From a virus (Duplodnaviria > Caudoviricetes): DNA of 64,000 nucleotides. Location: IMG/VR virus record IMGVR_UViG_3300046170_000454, positions 1 to 64,000 of that record; one strand, written 5' to 3'. Made by a program: the position numbers and the translations under genes. How positions within the stretch are numbered: the first letter of the stretch is position 1; every line of letters starts with the position of its first letter. Shown piece after piece: positions 30,937 to 40,866 of this stretch. Below the pieces are notes generated by a model. It was not told the DNA's origin, ran no database searches, and saw only the letters and a program-made list of their open reading frames with translations.

Positions 30937-32019
30937 TTATCCACCAAACACTAAATTGTTGTTCAAATAAGCTGTCACACCTGGGCTCGTATAGACTGCT
31001 GTAATGTTCACGTTCTCATTAGAGCCGTTCCTTACCACAACATCTATAATAAAAGCAGTAGGGTCATTCTCAACAGGTGCGACCTCTACGCTTACGACAC
31101 TGATCAGTCTTTCTTTGGCACTCATCGTCTGAAACCCTCCTTGCTGATCTTGTATGTCCCTCAGAGTCTCAAGAGCCCTCTCAACATCCACCTTGATCGC
31201 ACCTGACACCGCTCCAATAGCTTTCGCGCCTACGCGTGTGCGCAGGCTAGAGCCGTACCAGCTATGGAAGACATTACTGCCCCTGTCTGTAAGCAAAATC
31301 TTTAAGCACCTCTGCTGTAACAGGTTCTCGTTCTCAACCTTCCTAATATCACCGACCTCATTGTAGCGGTAGTCGTTCTCTACGACGAGCCCCTGACATC
31401 TTAAGCACCTAGAGGAGATCATTGAGTAGGTCACCTGCACGATTAAGTTAGGGTTGTTTAAAGGCTCTAAGAAATACACCCTTCGCCCGTAAACCTCACC
31501 GCTCTCAGGGTTCGTTTTCGCTGAGATTAGAGTCCATGCAGGATACGTTTGTGTTCCTCTCGACTGAGGCTGAAAAGAAAAGCCAAGCGTCTCAACGGCA
31601 TCTCCGCTCAGCTTCAGCTTGGAGCCCCTACCGAGAGCCCTAGACTCGCTAATCGTGACGTAACCGTCGCTTAAGGAAGCTGTGCAGACTCCCTGAGCCT
31701 CCAAGGTCACTTTCGTTACAAAGTCCTGAGCTGTGAGCAGTCCTTTGTTAAAACTCAACGTAACACTAGAAGATTGGCTTGTTACGGTCAGCGTTCGGGC
31801 AGAGTTGAAGTAATACGAGCTTCGGGCAGTAGATTTAAGGCTCGCTGGAGTCTTGAGCCCACTAGGTGGAACGGTCAAGCCGTTAATCTTAATCTTGATT
31901 AGACCTGCGTTCGATACGAGTCTCCTCGTTAAGAGAGTCTTGTTGTCTTCCGCAAGACCGACTCCCTCGTCTACCGCGAGGTGGGGACAGTTATATGCTA
32001 GTTGCAAGTCGTAGCTCAT
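30937..32019 (-). CDS. gp25/GPW-like baseplate wedge (sheath initiator) protein with N-terminal extension
   Basis: C-terminal KILLTDRGSNVFHSWYGSSL...ERLISVVSVEV pattern of gp25-like proteins. Confidence 0.75.
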   Translation of the reverse strand: MSYDLQLAYNCPHLAVDEGVGLAEDNKTLLTRRLVSNAGLIKIKINGLTVPPSGLKTPASLKSTARSSYYFNSARTLTVTSQSSSVTLSFNKGLLTAQDFVTKVTLEAQGVCTASLSDGYVTISESRALGRGSKLKLSGDAVETLGFSFQPQSRGTQTYPAWTLISAKTNPESGEVYGRRVYFLEPLNNPNLIVQVTYSMISSRCLRCQGLVVENDYRYNEVGDIRKVENENLLQQRCLKILLTDRGSNVFHSWYGSSLRTRVGAKAIGAVSGAIKVDVERALETLRDIQDQQGGFQTMSAKERLISVVSVEVAPVENDPTAFIIDVVVRNGSNENVNITAVYTSPGVTAYLNNNLVFGG

Positions 32020-32144
32020 ATCTCTCAGCGCCTTTCTAAAAACCTGAAGTGTGCTTAACAGCAGGTAAAGAATAAAAGGAAACTGAGCTCCTCGCTTATG
32101 TGCCTATATGCTATGGACAAACATAAAAAAGAAAGGAGTTAACT

Positions 32145-32210
32145 ATGACAGGCATACTATTTATAGGTTTTTTTTCAGTATCTCTTCTTGTCGCTTCAAG
32201 ATGCGTTTGA
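32145..32210 (+). CDS. Putative 21-aa hydrophobic peptide MTGILFIGFFSVSLLVASRCV
   Basis: Strong AAAGGAG Shine-Dalgarno site 6 nt before the ATG; below the ORF-track cutoff. Confidence 0.4.
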   Translation: MTGILFIGFFSVSLLVASRCV

Positions 32211-32259
32211 GAATATAGTCCTTATAGACCGCACTCCATGAACCCTTGAGGAGGAGAGT

Positions 32260-33702
32260 GTGATGGCTAAAAAATGGCTTACCATTAGAGAAGCAAGTGA
32301 GGCTCTAGGTGTTTCCGAAAGCACTGTACGGAAACGCGCCCGATCCTCTATCATACCGAGAAAGCTGAAATCTAATAACCAAGGCTTTCTCTATCAGGTA
32401 GAGGTTAGCGGAGACAGTCAAGAAGAAGAAAAGGTGAGTGTTGAAGCTCAATCTTTCTTCTCAGACGACACCTTAGACTATTTTTACGACTCGAAGAGAG
32501 AAGTTTACATCTTCCACTCGATCCCAGGTCAAAAAGGGTCAGTGTGCGTTGAGAAGTCAAAGATAGATGCCCTCATTTGGGATTACTCCAATGAAACAGG
32601 CGGATTAAGCGTCAATGAGATTTGCCGTAAATACGGACTCGCTAGACCAACGCTTATCCGTATTCTTAGAGTGCTCGGTAAAACACATGACTCCGCGCCT
32701 TTCTCTGATGAAGAGATGACAGCCGCAAATGAAGAAGTGCTTATAGAGTCTCTTGTTCGAGCAAAAGAGCAACGTGTCCTCGTAAAGGCGGAGCGTATTC
32801 GATACCGACAGCTTGTCAAACAAGCTGAGCAGTTTGATCAGTTTGAGAGGATCATCTTCCCAAGATTAGAGGAGAGGCTCAAAGACCGCCCGTCTACCCG
32901 TAGTATTAAAGTAGACCTCTCTAATGTAGAAAAAAGTGATCACCTAGTCATCGTAGGGCTCACAGATCTGCACGTCGGTAAGAAAGGTCTTTTCGGGTGG
33001 AACCTTGAGCGGGCGAGAGAAGCGGCGGTTAATACTTGCCTCGCGGCTATGGAGCAGTCTGTCAGCAAGTGGGGCGCTCCTTCGATGTGGATACTCCCCT
33101 GCGGGAGCGATATGATCCATATCGACAACTACCAAAACACCACTACGCAAGGCACGCCTCAAGACGTAGACGGCGACCCTATTGATATGCTGTCTACTGC
33201 GTTTATGGCACTAGAGCAGATCATCGAAGGGCTCAGGAAAGTTGCTCCTGTAAAAGTCGTAGCGATCCCAGGTAATCACGATAGGGTTTTAGGCTTAAGT
33301 GTCGGCTTAATGTTAAAAGCTCGCTATCATGACATTAGCTCCGTAGAGATTGACATCGCGAAGGACGGTTTTTCTTACACTCGCCACGGTAACTCACTCT
33401 TGGGCTTTCACCACGGAGACGGGACAAAAGCGAGCGACCTACCTTCAGTTATGGCGATAGACCGCGCAGGGGATTGGGGTGAATGTAAAGGCGGTTGGGA
33501 ATGGTTTACGGGACACTGGCATGGTCATAAGGTTAGAGCCGATGAGTTTAACGGTTGCCGTGTGTGGACGATGCCTAGTTTAAGCGGGACGGATCGCTGG
33601 CACAGACTTAAAGGCTATGTCGGAAATCGTAGGCAAGTAGCACTCTACAGAGTCGATAAAGAAAATGGTGTCGGCGGTGTAGAGTTCATAATGATTGAAT
33701 AA
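32260..33702 (+). CDS. HTH-containing calcineurin-like metallophosphoesterase
   Basis: N-terminal LTIREASEALGVSESTVRKR helix-turn-helix; DLHVG, GSD, GNHD, HHGD and GHWH metal motifs. Confidence 0.85.
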   Translation: MMAKKWLTIREASEALGVSESTVRKRARSSIIPRKLKSNNQGFLYQVEVSGDSQEEEKVSVEAQSFFSDDTLDYFYDSKREVYIFHSIPGQKGSVCVEKSKIDALIWDYSNETGGLSVNEICRKYGLARPTLIRILRVLGKTHDSAPFSDEEMTAANEEVLIESLVRAKEQRVLVKAERIRYRQLVKQAEQFDQFERIIFPRLEERLKDRPSTRSIKVDLSNVEKSDHLVIVGLTDLHVGKKGLFGWNLERAREAAVNTCLAAMEQSVSKWGAPSMWILPCGSDMIHIDNYQNTTTQGTPQDVDGDPIDMLSTAFMALEQIIEGLRKVAPVKVVAIPGNHDRVLGLSVGLMLKARYHDISSVEIDIAKDGFSYTRHGNSLLGFHHGDGTKASDLPSVMAIDRAGDWGECKGGWEWFTGHWHGHKVRADEFNGCRVWTMPSLSGTDRWHRLKGYVGNRRQVALYRVDKENGVGGVEFIMIE

Positions 33703-33746
33703 TGTATCTGATATATAAACACGTCTAACCTTAAGGAGACTCTCTC

Positions 33747-34508
33747 ATGGCTAATCTAGACTTAAAAGGCGAAAACGGAGCGCAAGGTAGCTCGTACCTG
33801 TACAAATACGGTACTACGCCTAACACACGCACCGTTGTTTCGCAAAAACTACGCGTGCTCACCCCTGCTTATGGGCAAAATCGAAGAAACCAAGTAGGTG
33901 TACTCGCCTCTATCAGTTTCTCTAACTCGCGTTCTGTAGAGCCCGTGAGAGGTATCGGCTTTGGGGATCAGGTCGCAGAGCTTGTTCCTTCAGTCACCGA
34001 GCCTCCCACAGCTTCGCTTAGTCGTACTATGCTCTATCTGAGTAATATTTGGCAGGCGATGGGCTATGCGGCAGGCGTGGACGGCCCTGTAAGAAGCCTC
34101 GCGCACCATCGTTGGCCTTTTGATATTGAGCAACAGCTTGTCTTCTCTACTCTCGTAGACTACGACTTAGACGTTGCAAATGTAGGTCTAAATGGAAGTG
34201 GGGCGCAGAACGGCATTGATCAAATTAAGTTCAATGACGGTGGCGTAGGCCCAAAACCTCAGACTATCGGAGGTGAGCACGCGGATAACGCAGGTCACTC
34301 CGCTATGATCACTTTCTTTGAGGCTTGTTGGCTCACCTCGTACAGCAACAGCTTTGAGAAAGATACTGGCATTGTTATGGAAGAGTCTGAGGCGATGATC
34401 TCAGATGTCCATGACGGACAGAGTGTCTACGGCGAGTTTATGGCTACGGGTAACGATCCTTCGATTGGTCAAGTAGGTTCAGAGAGGTATTCAAACATCA
34501 CAATCTGA
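33747..34508 (+). CDS. Tail tube protein
   Basis: Tube-fold pattern (SRSVEPVRGIG..ELVP...PFDIEQ...EACWLTSY...IVMEE) and position upstream of the chaperones and tape measure gene. Confidence 0.7.
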   Translation: MANLDLKGENGAQGSSYLYKYGTTPNTRTVVSQKLRVLTPAYGQNRRNQVGVLASISFSNSRSVEPVRGIGFGDQVAELVPSVTEPPTASLSRTMLYLSNIWQAMGYAAGVDGPVRSLAHHRWPFDIEQQLVFSTLVDYDLDVANVGLNGSGAQNGIDQIKFNDGGVGPKPQTIGGEHADNAGHSAMITFFEACWLTSYSNSFEKDTGIVMEESEAMISDVHDGQSVYGEFMATGNDPSIGQVGSERYSNITI

Positions 34509-34524
34509 TCCTAAATAGCTTCTT

Positions 34525-34576
34525 GAAAAGCCTGTGGGTATAAGCTAGTCTAAGCCAACAATCCCACAGGCTTTTC
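34525..34576 (+). terminator. 14-bp perfect inverted repeat (GAAAAGCCTGTGGG ... CCCACAGGCTTTTC) after the tube gene
   Basis: Seen directly, with a 24-nt loop and A/T-tract ends, just before the chaperone RBS. Confidence 0.5.
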
Positions 34577-34587
34577 TTGAGGTAAAT

Positions 34588-35574
34588 ATGGTCAATTTAA
34601 AGGATTTGAAGTCGGCGCTCTCTAAGGTTGCTGACTTAGGTAATCAAGAGCGATCTTTCGAGGTTAACGGCACTAAGATCACCTTAAGGGTTTTAAGACC
34701 TAATGAGGAGATTGAAGTCCAAAAGAAAGCTATGGAAGCTCTCTCAGAAGACGGCGAGACTAACCAAGTCACTGCCGCTGATTACTTGCAACGCTTCCGT
34801 ATAGCTACACTCTCGTATGCTATCGTCGCTATTGATAGCCTCGATCTCCGTAATGTTAAGCACATCGAGACAGGGGAAACTCTAGCTAATGGTGTCTCAA
34901 TCAAAATCCCTAAACACGAAGCCTTAGAGAGCTTAGTCTCCGACTGGGGGCGCGATATGCTCTCATCCGTATTTAAGAAGTTTGGTGAGCTAACAGAGTT
35001 TGTTGAAGCTCAAGTCGAAGAGAGTATCGTTTATGAGCCCGAAGTCCTTGATAAAGAAATTGAGCGACTTGAAGAGCGCCTAAAAGAGCTTAAGGCAAAA
35101 CGCGGAGACGGGGAAGAAGACACCTCGTTCTCTAAATCTCTCGATATGGCAAACAGTGAAGAAGCCGAGAAGGTAGACATCACCCCTGAAAACGTGCTCG
35201 CAGAGAAAGGACTCCCCATAAAAAGAGAGTCTGCTATCCCTAATGTAGCACCTCCTCCTCCTAAGATGGAAGAGTCTCCCGCGCCCACGCCCGCACGCGC
35301 AAGCGATGGGAGCTACCACCCTAACCTTGATGAAGAGTATCAGCGAGAAGTAAACGAAGAAAACCTCCGTCTACTTAAAGAGCGCCAAGAGCAGGAAGCC
35401 CAGCAACCACCTCCTCCTGCAAAGCCTGAGTCCATCGGTGGTGTGGAAGTCTACCGTATGCCTACACAGACGCTTGATAACCGCGCCTCTAGCGCCGATA
35501 AGTCGAAGCCTAACGCTACCCTTAACCCTAATCATTCAGCGCCGTCTAATCCCAACTTTAAGATGAACGACTAA
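34588..35574 (+). CDS. Putative tail assembly chaperone with Pro-rich C-terminal tail
   Basis: ITLRVLRPNEE..TLSYAIVAID pattern; located between the tube and tape measure genes. Confidence 0.55.
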   Translation: MVNLKDLKSALSKVADLGNQERSFEVNGTKITLRVLRPNEEIEVQKKAMEALSEDGETNQVTAADYLQRFRIATLSYAIVAIDSLDLRNVKHIETGETLANGVSIKIPKHEALESLVSDWGRDMLSSVFKKFGELTEFVEAQVEESIVYEPEVLDKEIERLEERLKELKAKRGDGEEDTSFSKSLDMANSEEAEKVDITPENVLAEKGLPIKRESAIPNVAPPPPKMEESPAPTPARASDGSYHPNLDEEYQREVNEENLRLLKERQEQEAQQPPPPAKPESIGGVEVYRMPTQTLDNRASSADKSKPNATLNPNHSAPSNPNFKMND

Positions 35575-36768
35575 TGATCATAGAGCCCTCTACCTCAAAA
35601 CAACGTGAGGCGATCTACGAAGATATCATCCCCATGATCGAGAGAGGGTTCCTCACTAAGAAAGTCCTAGTTAACGGGGTACAGATTTCCCTCCGTACCC
35701 TTAACGACTCTGACTTGTTTCTCATACAAGAGCGTTACAGCCCAAGTGCCTCAAACTGGTATCTGTGGGCTATCGCGCATAGCGTGTGGTTATTTGACGG
35801 ACAATACCTGCTAGAGGACAGCGTGTCTCACTCTTATGAGATATACAAGACTCTACAGGATATGCCCCAACCGTTTATATACAAAATATATCACGCACTG
35901 TTAGAGCTTTTCTCCAAGCAAAACGAATGCTTTGTTTACATCGAGAGCTTTCTTTACGAGACGATCTCTCGCAAGATGTGGAGTGATATCGGTAAAGGCT
36001 ACCCTAATCTTAGTCATGTGACAGGACTGCCCTGGCACTGAAAAGATGAGCCTTAACCTAATACAAGAGGTGTGGCTGTCTTATAATCAACATGAAGACA
36101 GCAGGGTTCAGTACATGGGCGAGTGGGAGTTGACTAAGGCGGTTATGTCGTCTCAAAACCCTAAAGCGGTTCAAAAGATTACAGACGCTGATAAGAAGAA
36201 ACTTAGCGAGGATGAAGCTAACCATCAAAGGACGCATGATATCGCTTACTACCGCTTTATAGGGGAGACGGATAAGTCAGACTTCCTCAAGGGCGGTGGT
36301 GTTGGTAATGTCTTAGAGGTCAACGGGGAGAAGATATTCCAACCTAAGTCTGCTGACGAGTTAGCAGAAGAGTTTAGGCGCTGGGTTACAGGCGAGGAGG
36401 ACTTACACGATAAGGTTGTCCGTAACTTCAAGGAAGAGATTAAGAGCAACGCGGATAAGGAGTTTGCCCGTAGGCATCAAGAAATGCTCAAGGCTCAGGA
36501 AGAGGCTAGCCTCGCAGAAGAGGAGCAAAGCTACGCGACGAAGCTGGAAGCGGTTGACCCCTCTAAGATTAAGAAGACCTCTAAAGTGCATAGGATATCT
36601 GCACCTAAAACGGTCAATCCTGTCTACGACCGTTGGTTCAACGCAGGGTATGAGCCACCTAAAGAGTTTAAGAGCCTATATGAAGAAGGTAGTGAGCCCT
36701 CTTCAAACGTCTCTCAAGATTTAATGGGCTTGTCAGAGAGGCGGGTTATCTTAGACGACAATGATTAG
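35574..36768 (+). CDS. Second tail-assembly-chaperone-like protein (~397 aa), +1 frameshift at 36030-36035
   Basis: GFLT..V.VNG..ISLRTLN pattern. Removing one C gives GLPGTEKMSLN, joining 35574-36041 to 36046-36768. Confidence 0.55.
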
Positions 36769-36779
36769 GGGATATCCTT

Positions 36780-39700
36780 ATGGCAAATCGAGTGCTTGAA
36801 GCAGGGGACACATTTAGCGAAGAAGGCCACGCCAAAAATAGCGCCATGTTTAAGCGCCAAATGGAGTCAGACTATAAGTTTTACGTCTCCGCTTTAAAGA
36901 AAATGAGTCGTACTGACAGTGACTTCGCCAAAAAGCACGATCTTGTCATGAAAAAGTTTACGGACTCTTTTAGGGATTCTTTTGAGAAGGCAGGGAAAAA
37001 CTTAAGAGAGTTTGCGGAATACCAAAGCAGGATGATGAAAGAGCTCAGCGCGGCTCATTCAAAAGTAGACCTTAAAGGCGGGTATGTGTCCTCCTTAGAA
37101 ATGGCTATGGAGAAGGCGAGAGACTTACACAGAGGAGAGATAGAAGAGGTAGATCGAAGCTATCATTTAAAGATGGCACTAGCAGAAAAACACAGAACCG
37201 AATACTACAAGCATTTATCCTCCTTAGAAGCTCTAAGAACAAAATCTAACCGCAAGATGACTCAAGAAGAGAGATATGCGCATCAAGGTGCGTTATATGA
37301 CGAAGAAGCGAAAGCTGAGCATCAACGTCGTCTCATGGAAGAGATTACCGAAGAGGCTAGGCAAGAGGTTGATGACCGCTTAAAGATATACAAGAAAGAA
37401 ACTGAAGCTGTTGCGGAGCTCAATAAGCAGTTTAATCAAAGAGGCGGTAAAAACCCCCTCGCAGATGCCTCTGAAAACATAGCCACTGCCACTGATATGA
37501 TGACGGGAGGTTTAGGGGACTTCCTATCTAAGCTCAAAAGCCGTGACCTAAAAGGTATAGGGGAGAGCTTGGGTAAAGCTGGAGACTTCGGCAGAACATT
37601 AGAAGGTAGAGCTACTCAAAAGGGTGCAGGAGCGGGTGCTAAGGCTTTCGGCATGATAGGTAAGTTGCTCAAGTCTTTCGGCCCTGCCTTAAGAATACTC
37701 GGAGCACTCGCTAAAGGTTTCGCTAATGTTGTCTCTTTCCTTATAGATGTCGAGTCAGCAGGGAAGCAACTCAACAAGGCTTTCTTAGACTCAGCGAGTG
37801 GTGCTGATGCTCTCGTTAATACTATAGGAGATGAGTCTGTAAGCCTTAATACTAGCCTCCGTGACATTAGAGAGGGCGTTAATGACCTCTACCTTAGCCA
37901 AGGCTTAGGGGTTACCGCAGAGGCGGCTATGGGTATGGTAGCAGAGTTCCAGGCGGCAGGTATTACCCTTAAAGAAATGAAAGGGGCGATGACTGACGCT
38001 AAAGACTCAGAAGCGGCTTACGTTAAAGTTATCCAACACATGACCGCCCAGCAACGTATATTAGGTGCTTCTGTAGAAGACGTTGCTTCTATTACAGAGC
38101 GTTATGGTTACAGCCTCGAAGACATTGCTGTAAGATTTGCCGCGATTACCGATCAGGCTATGCAAAGCGGTTTTGGAGTTAAGCGCTTCTACTCTATGGT
38201 CTTACAGGCTACCACGGGTATGGGTGTCTATAACACTCGCATTGAGGAAGCGGCTTTCTTTGCGACAAGATTAGGGAAGATATTAGGGGCGCGTGGTCTT
38301 GAAGAGAGTGGCTTGCTTAAGAAGCTGGCTCAGGGCTTCAAGGGTCAGGGAGTTAAGGAAAACTACAAAGCGATGATGATGATGGGAGATAAAGCTCGTA
38401 AAGAAATCTTCTCTCAAGAGTATGGGGCGAGGGTCGGTAATGTTAGTCGCTCTAAGGATCAAGGCAAACTTTTAGCAGAAGCATTTAAAACCGCAGGTTT
38501 AGGTGAAGTTAACACCTCTAACAAAGAGGCTCTATCAAAAGCCCTTAAGAGCGTAAGCGTCGAAGAACGCTCTAGACTCTTAGCCGCGATCCGTCAACAA
38601 GACGGGGGGAGCGACATGGCTGTCGGTTTAGCTAAGGAGATCGGTCAAATCTTACAGCTTCATGTAGGTACGCAAGGTAAATCAGGAGGTGCGGTTTCTG
38701 CGGGTGCTCTTGGTATGACAGGCTTCCTTAAAGCACAGCAAGCGATGATGAAAAGGTTTGGCCTAAAGGATGTAAGACAGCTCAACACAGACAGCCAAGC
38801 ATCTATCGTGTACCGATCTTTCTTAGAAGAGCAGATGGGATATAGCGGAGAACAGACAGATGCCTTTATCGTGGCTATTGACGGCTTAAGGGGGGACTTC
38901 GACTTGTTAAAGAGAGAGGGTTCCGCGAAAACCAATGAAGAAGCTGTCGCTCAGATACGAAAGTACGGTGCATACATAAACAAGCAAGGAGAGCTAATCT
39001 CGGCTCAAGTAAATAATAGCGGTACGATTGTAAAAAACTCTGAAAAGAACTTAGGTAAAGCCAACTTCGATGCCTTCATGCGTCTTAATGAAGGAGTTTT
39101 AGAAAAGGCTACTCAAGAAAAAGACAGAAATATACAACTGTCTGAGCAGATCGCTAATAATACGGTAGATATAGCCAAGCGTATTGAGATGGGGGTCACA
39201 TATTTCTTACAGGGGATATACAACACCCTTGACGCAATTTTGAATTTCTTCGTTGGAGGTAACTTAGAAGAGACAGGGAAAAGAAACGCTCAAACTATGT
39301 ACAAGAACTACGATAAGAACATCGAGAAAATAGAAAATTTACTAGAAGCAAATAGCGCAGAGCGACAAAAAATAAGAGGGAATAGTACCTTGAGCTCTGA
39401 ACAAAAGACAAAAGCTCTTGAAGGTTTGGAGGCAGAGGGAAAAATACTGACAGAAGGGCTCGCTAAAACTAAAAGCGGAAAAGAAAGCCTTAGGCAGAGG
39501 ATCGCAAATAAAGATGAAAGCACGATTGATGACCTAAACAGTGCAAACAGTGAACAGGTTAAGATCATGCAAGAAGCTGAAAAAGGTAACTCGAAAAGGT
39601 TTGTTTCTCAGTTTAAAGTGACTAAAGAACAAGCCTCCCTTGCTAAGGAGTCTGTAGCGAAACAGAGCGATATCTATAAAGAATTAAAAGAAAGTAATGA

Positions 39701-40202
39701 GAAAGCGATCATTGACGAAGCCTTCGAGAGACTAGTAAGAGGTGGCATGAGCGGAGAAGACGCTCTTAAGACCCTTAAGAGGGTACAGGAAAATGATGAA
39801 TACAAAGAAAATGATAAATCATACCTTAACTTCTACAAAACTTTAGCGAGAGTTGCACCTAATGTTAAAGACAAGTACCTAGAAGGATTGAGAGGTAAGC
39901 CACTAACCCCAGCAGTAGAAGTACCAGCAGAAGACTTTCTTTACCAAGGTGACGGCTATGGTAACGGTGTCGTTACTCCGATTAACTCTTTTGACCGCGC
40001 TATGGGTGTCATGTACGGTAAACCTAATGGTGTGCTCGATAGGGCAGGTCGCTTCGGCGGGGCGGGCGGTGGAGGTGGAAACTCTAATGTTATAATAAAT
40101 ATTATGGGTGACCCTGTTACGGTCACTCGTACCGTAAGAAAAGTCCTCAGAGCAGAACGCGCTAGGGGCTATGGAGGCTCAGGTCGAACCTCTTCAATCT
40201 AA
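36780..40202 (+). CDS. Tail tape measure protein
   Basis: 1140 aa, helical and Ala/Gly/Lys-rich, canonical position, Gly-rich C-terminus ending in VIINIMG. Confidence 0.75.
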   Translation: MANRVLEAGDTFSEEGHAKNSAMFKRQMESDYKFYVSALKKMSRTDSDFAKKHDLVMKKFTDSFRDSFEKAGKNLREFAEYQSRMMKELSAAHSKVDLKGGYVSSLEMAMEKARDLHRGEIEEVDRSYHLKMALAEKHRTEYYKHLSSLEALRTKSNRKMTQEERYAHQGALYDEEAKAEHQRRLMEEITEEARQEVDDRLKIYKKETEAVAELNKQFNQRGGKNPLADASENIATATDMMTGGLGDFLSKLKSRDLKGIGESLGKAGDFGRTLEGRATQKGAGAGAKAFGMIGKLLKSFGPALRILGALAKGFANVVSFLIDVESAGKQLNKAFLDSASGADALVNTIGDESVSLNTSLRDIREGVNDLYLSQGLGVTAEAAMGMVAEFQAAGITLKEMKGAMTDAKDSEAAYVKVIQHMTAQQRILGASVEDVASITERYGYSLEDIAVRFAAITDQAMQSGFGVKRFYSMVLQATTGMGVYNTRIEEAAFFATRLGKILGARGLEESGLLKKLAQGFKGQGVKENYKAMMMMGDKARKEIFSQEYGARVGNVSRSKDQGKLLAEAFKTAGLGEVNTSNKEALSKALKSVSVEERSRLLAAIRQQDGGSDMAVGLAKEIGQILQLHVGTQGKSGGAVSAGALGMTGFLKAQQAMMKRFGLKDVRQLNTDSQASIVYRSFLEEQMGYSGEQTDAFIVAIDGLRGDFDLLKREGSAKTNEEAVAQIRKYGAYINKQGELISAQVNNSGTIVKNSEKNLGKANFDAFMRLNEGVLEKATQEKDRNIQLSEQIANNTVDIAKRIEMGVTYFLQGIYNTLDAILNFFVGGNLEETGKRNAQTMYKNYDKNIEKIENLLEANSAERQKIRGNSTLSSEQKTKALEGLEAEGKILTEGLAKTKSGKESLRQRIANKDESTIDDLNSANSEQVKIMQEAEKGNSKRFVSQFKVTKEQASLAKESVAKQSDIYKELKESNEKAIIDEAFERLVRGGMSGEDALKTLKRVQENDEYKENDKSYLNFYKTLARVAPNVKDKYLEGLRGKPLTPAVEVPAEDFLYQGDGYGNGVVTPINSFDRAMGVMYGKPNGVLDRAGRFGGAGGGGGNSNVIINIMGDPVTVTRTVRKVLRAERARGYGGSGRTSSI

Positions 40203-40224
40203 TCTTAATCAGAGGGAGTAATCT

Positions 40225-40866
40225 ATGGCTGAGTCTTACGCAATCAAGAGTGCTTTTAATAGTCCCGCTGATCAATACTCAGGTAGAGGCATACGCCCCG
40301 TTATCTTTGATCTTATCTCACCTGACGGCTTGACGAGCTTATTGCCTGATAATCTTAAGCTCGTCCTCCACGTTAACCCTAGTAGCCTCAGCATTAGCTA
40401 CACAAGACAATCAGAAGCAATACAAACCCTTGGAGGCTTCATAGAACAACACTGGGGCAACCAGCCTGCCTCAATAGACATACAAGGCTCTACAGGAGGC
40501 TTTATGAGAGCCTACACGGGGATCACTTCTGTTACAGGATTAGGGCCTAGCAACGCAAGGCTTCCCAATTCTATAAAAGGGATTGATTTAGGGGGCTCAA
40601 GAAGAGACACCATCGCCTACGACAAGTTTTTAGACCTCTTAGCACTGTTCCATAACAACGGAGCGATCTACTCTAAGAATGGTCAAATCGCTTTTCAAGG
40701 GTATGTCAAGCTGTCATTTGACGGGTCTGACTATTACGGCTGGTTTGAAAACTTTAGCGTTACCGAGAGCGCGGATAAACCTTACAGCTTCGAGTACAGC
40801 ATGTCTTTTCAAGTCTACAGAGAAGAGCACAGACGCACGCTTAATGTAGGGGAGCAAGGTCGATGA
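40225..40866 (+). CDS. Tube-initiator/baseplate tube-fold protein (gp54/gp48-like role)
   Basis: LHVNPSSL..Y...HWG...IQG...YYGWFENFS...FEYSMSF; immediately after the tape measure gene. Confidence 0.6.
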   Translation: MAESYAIKSAFNSPADQYSGRGIRPVIFDLISPDGLTSLLPDNLKLVLHVNPSSLSISYTRQSEAIQTLGGFIEQHWGNQPASIDIQGSTGGFMRAYTGITSVTGLGPSNARLPNSIKGIDLGGSRRDTIAYDKFLDLLALFHNNGAIYSKNGQIAFQGYVKLSFDGSDYYGWFENFSVTESADKPYSFEYSMSFQVYREEHRRTLNVGEQGR

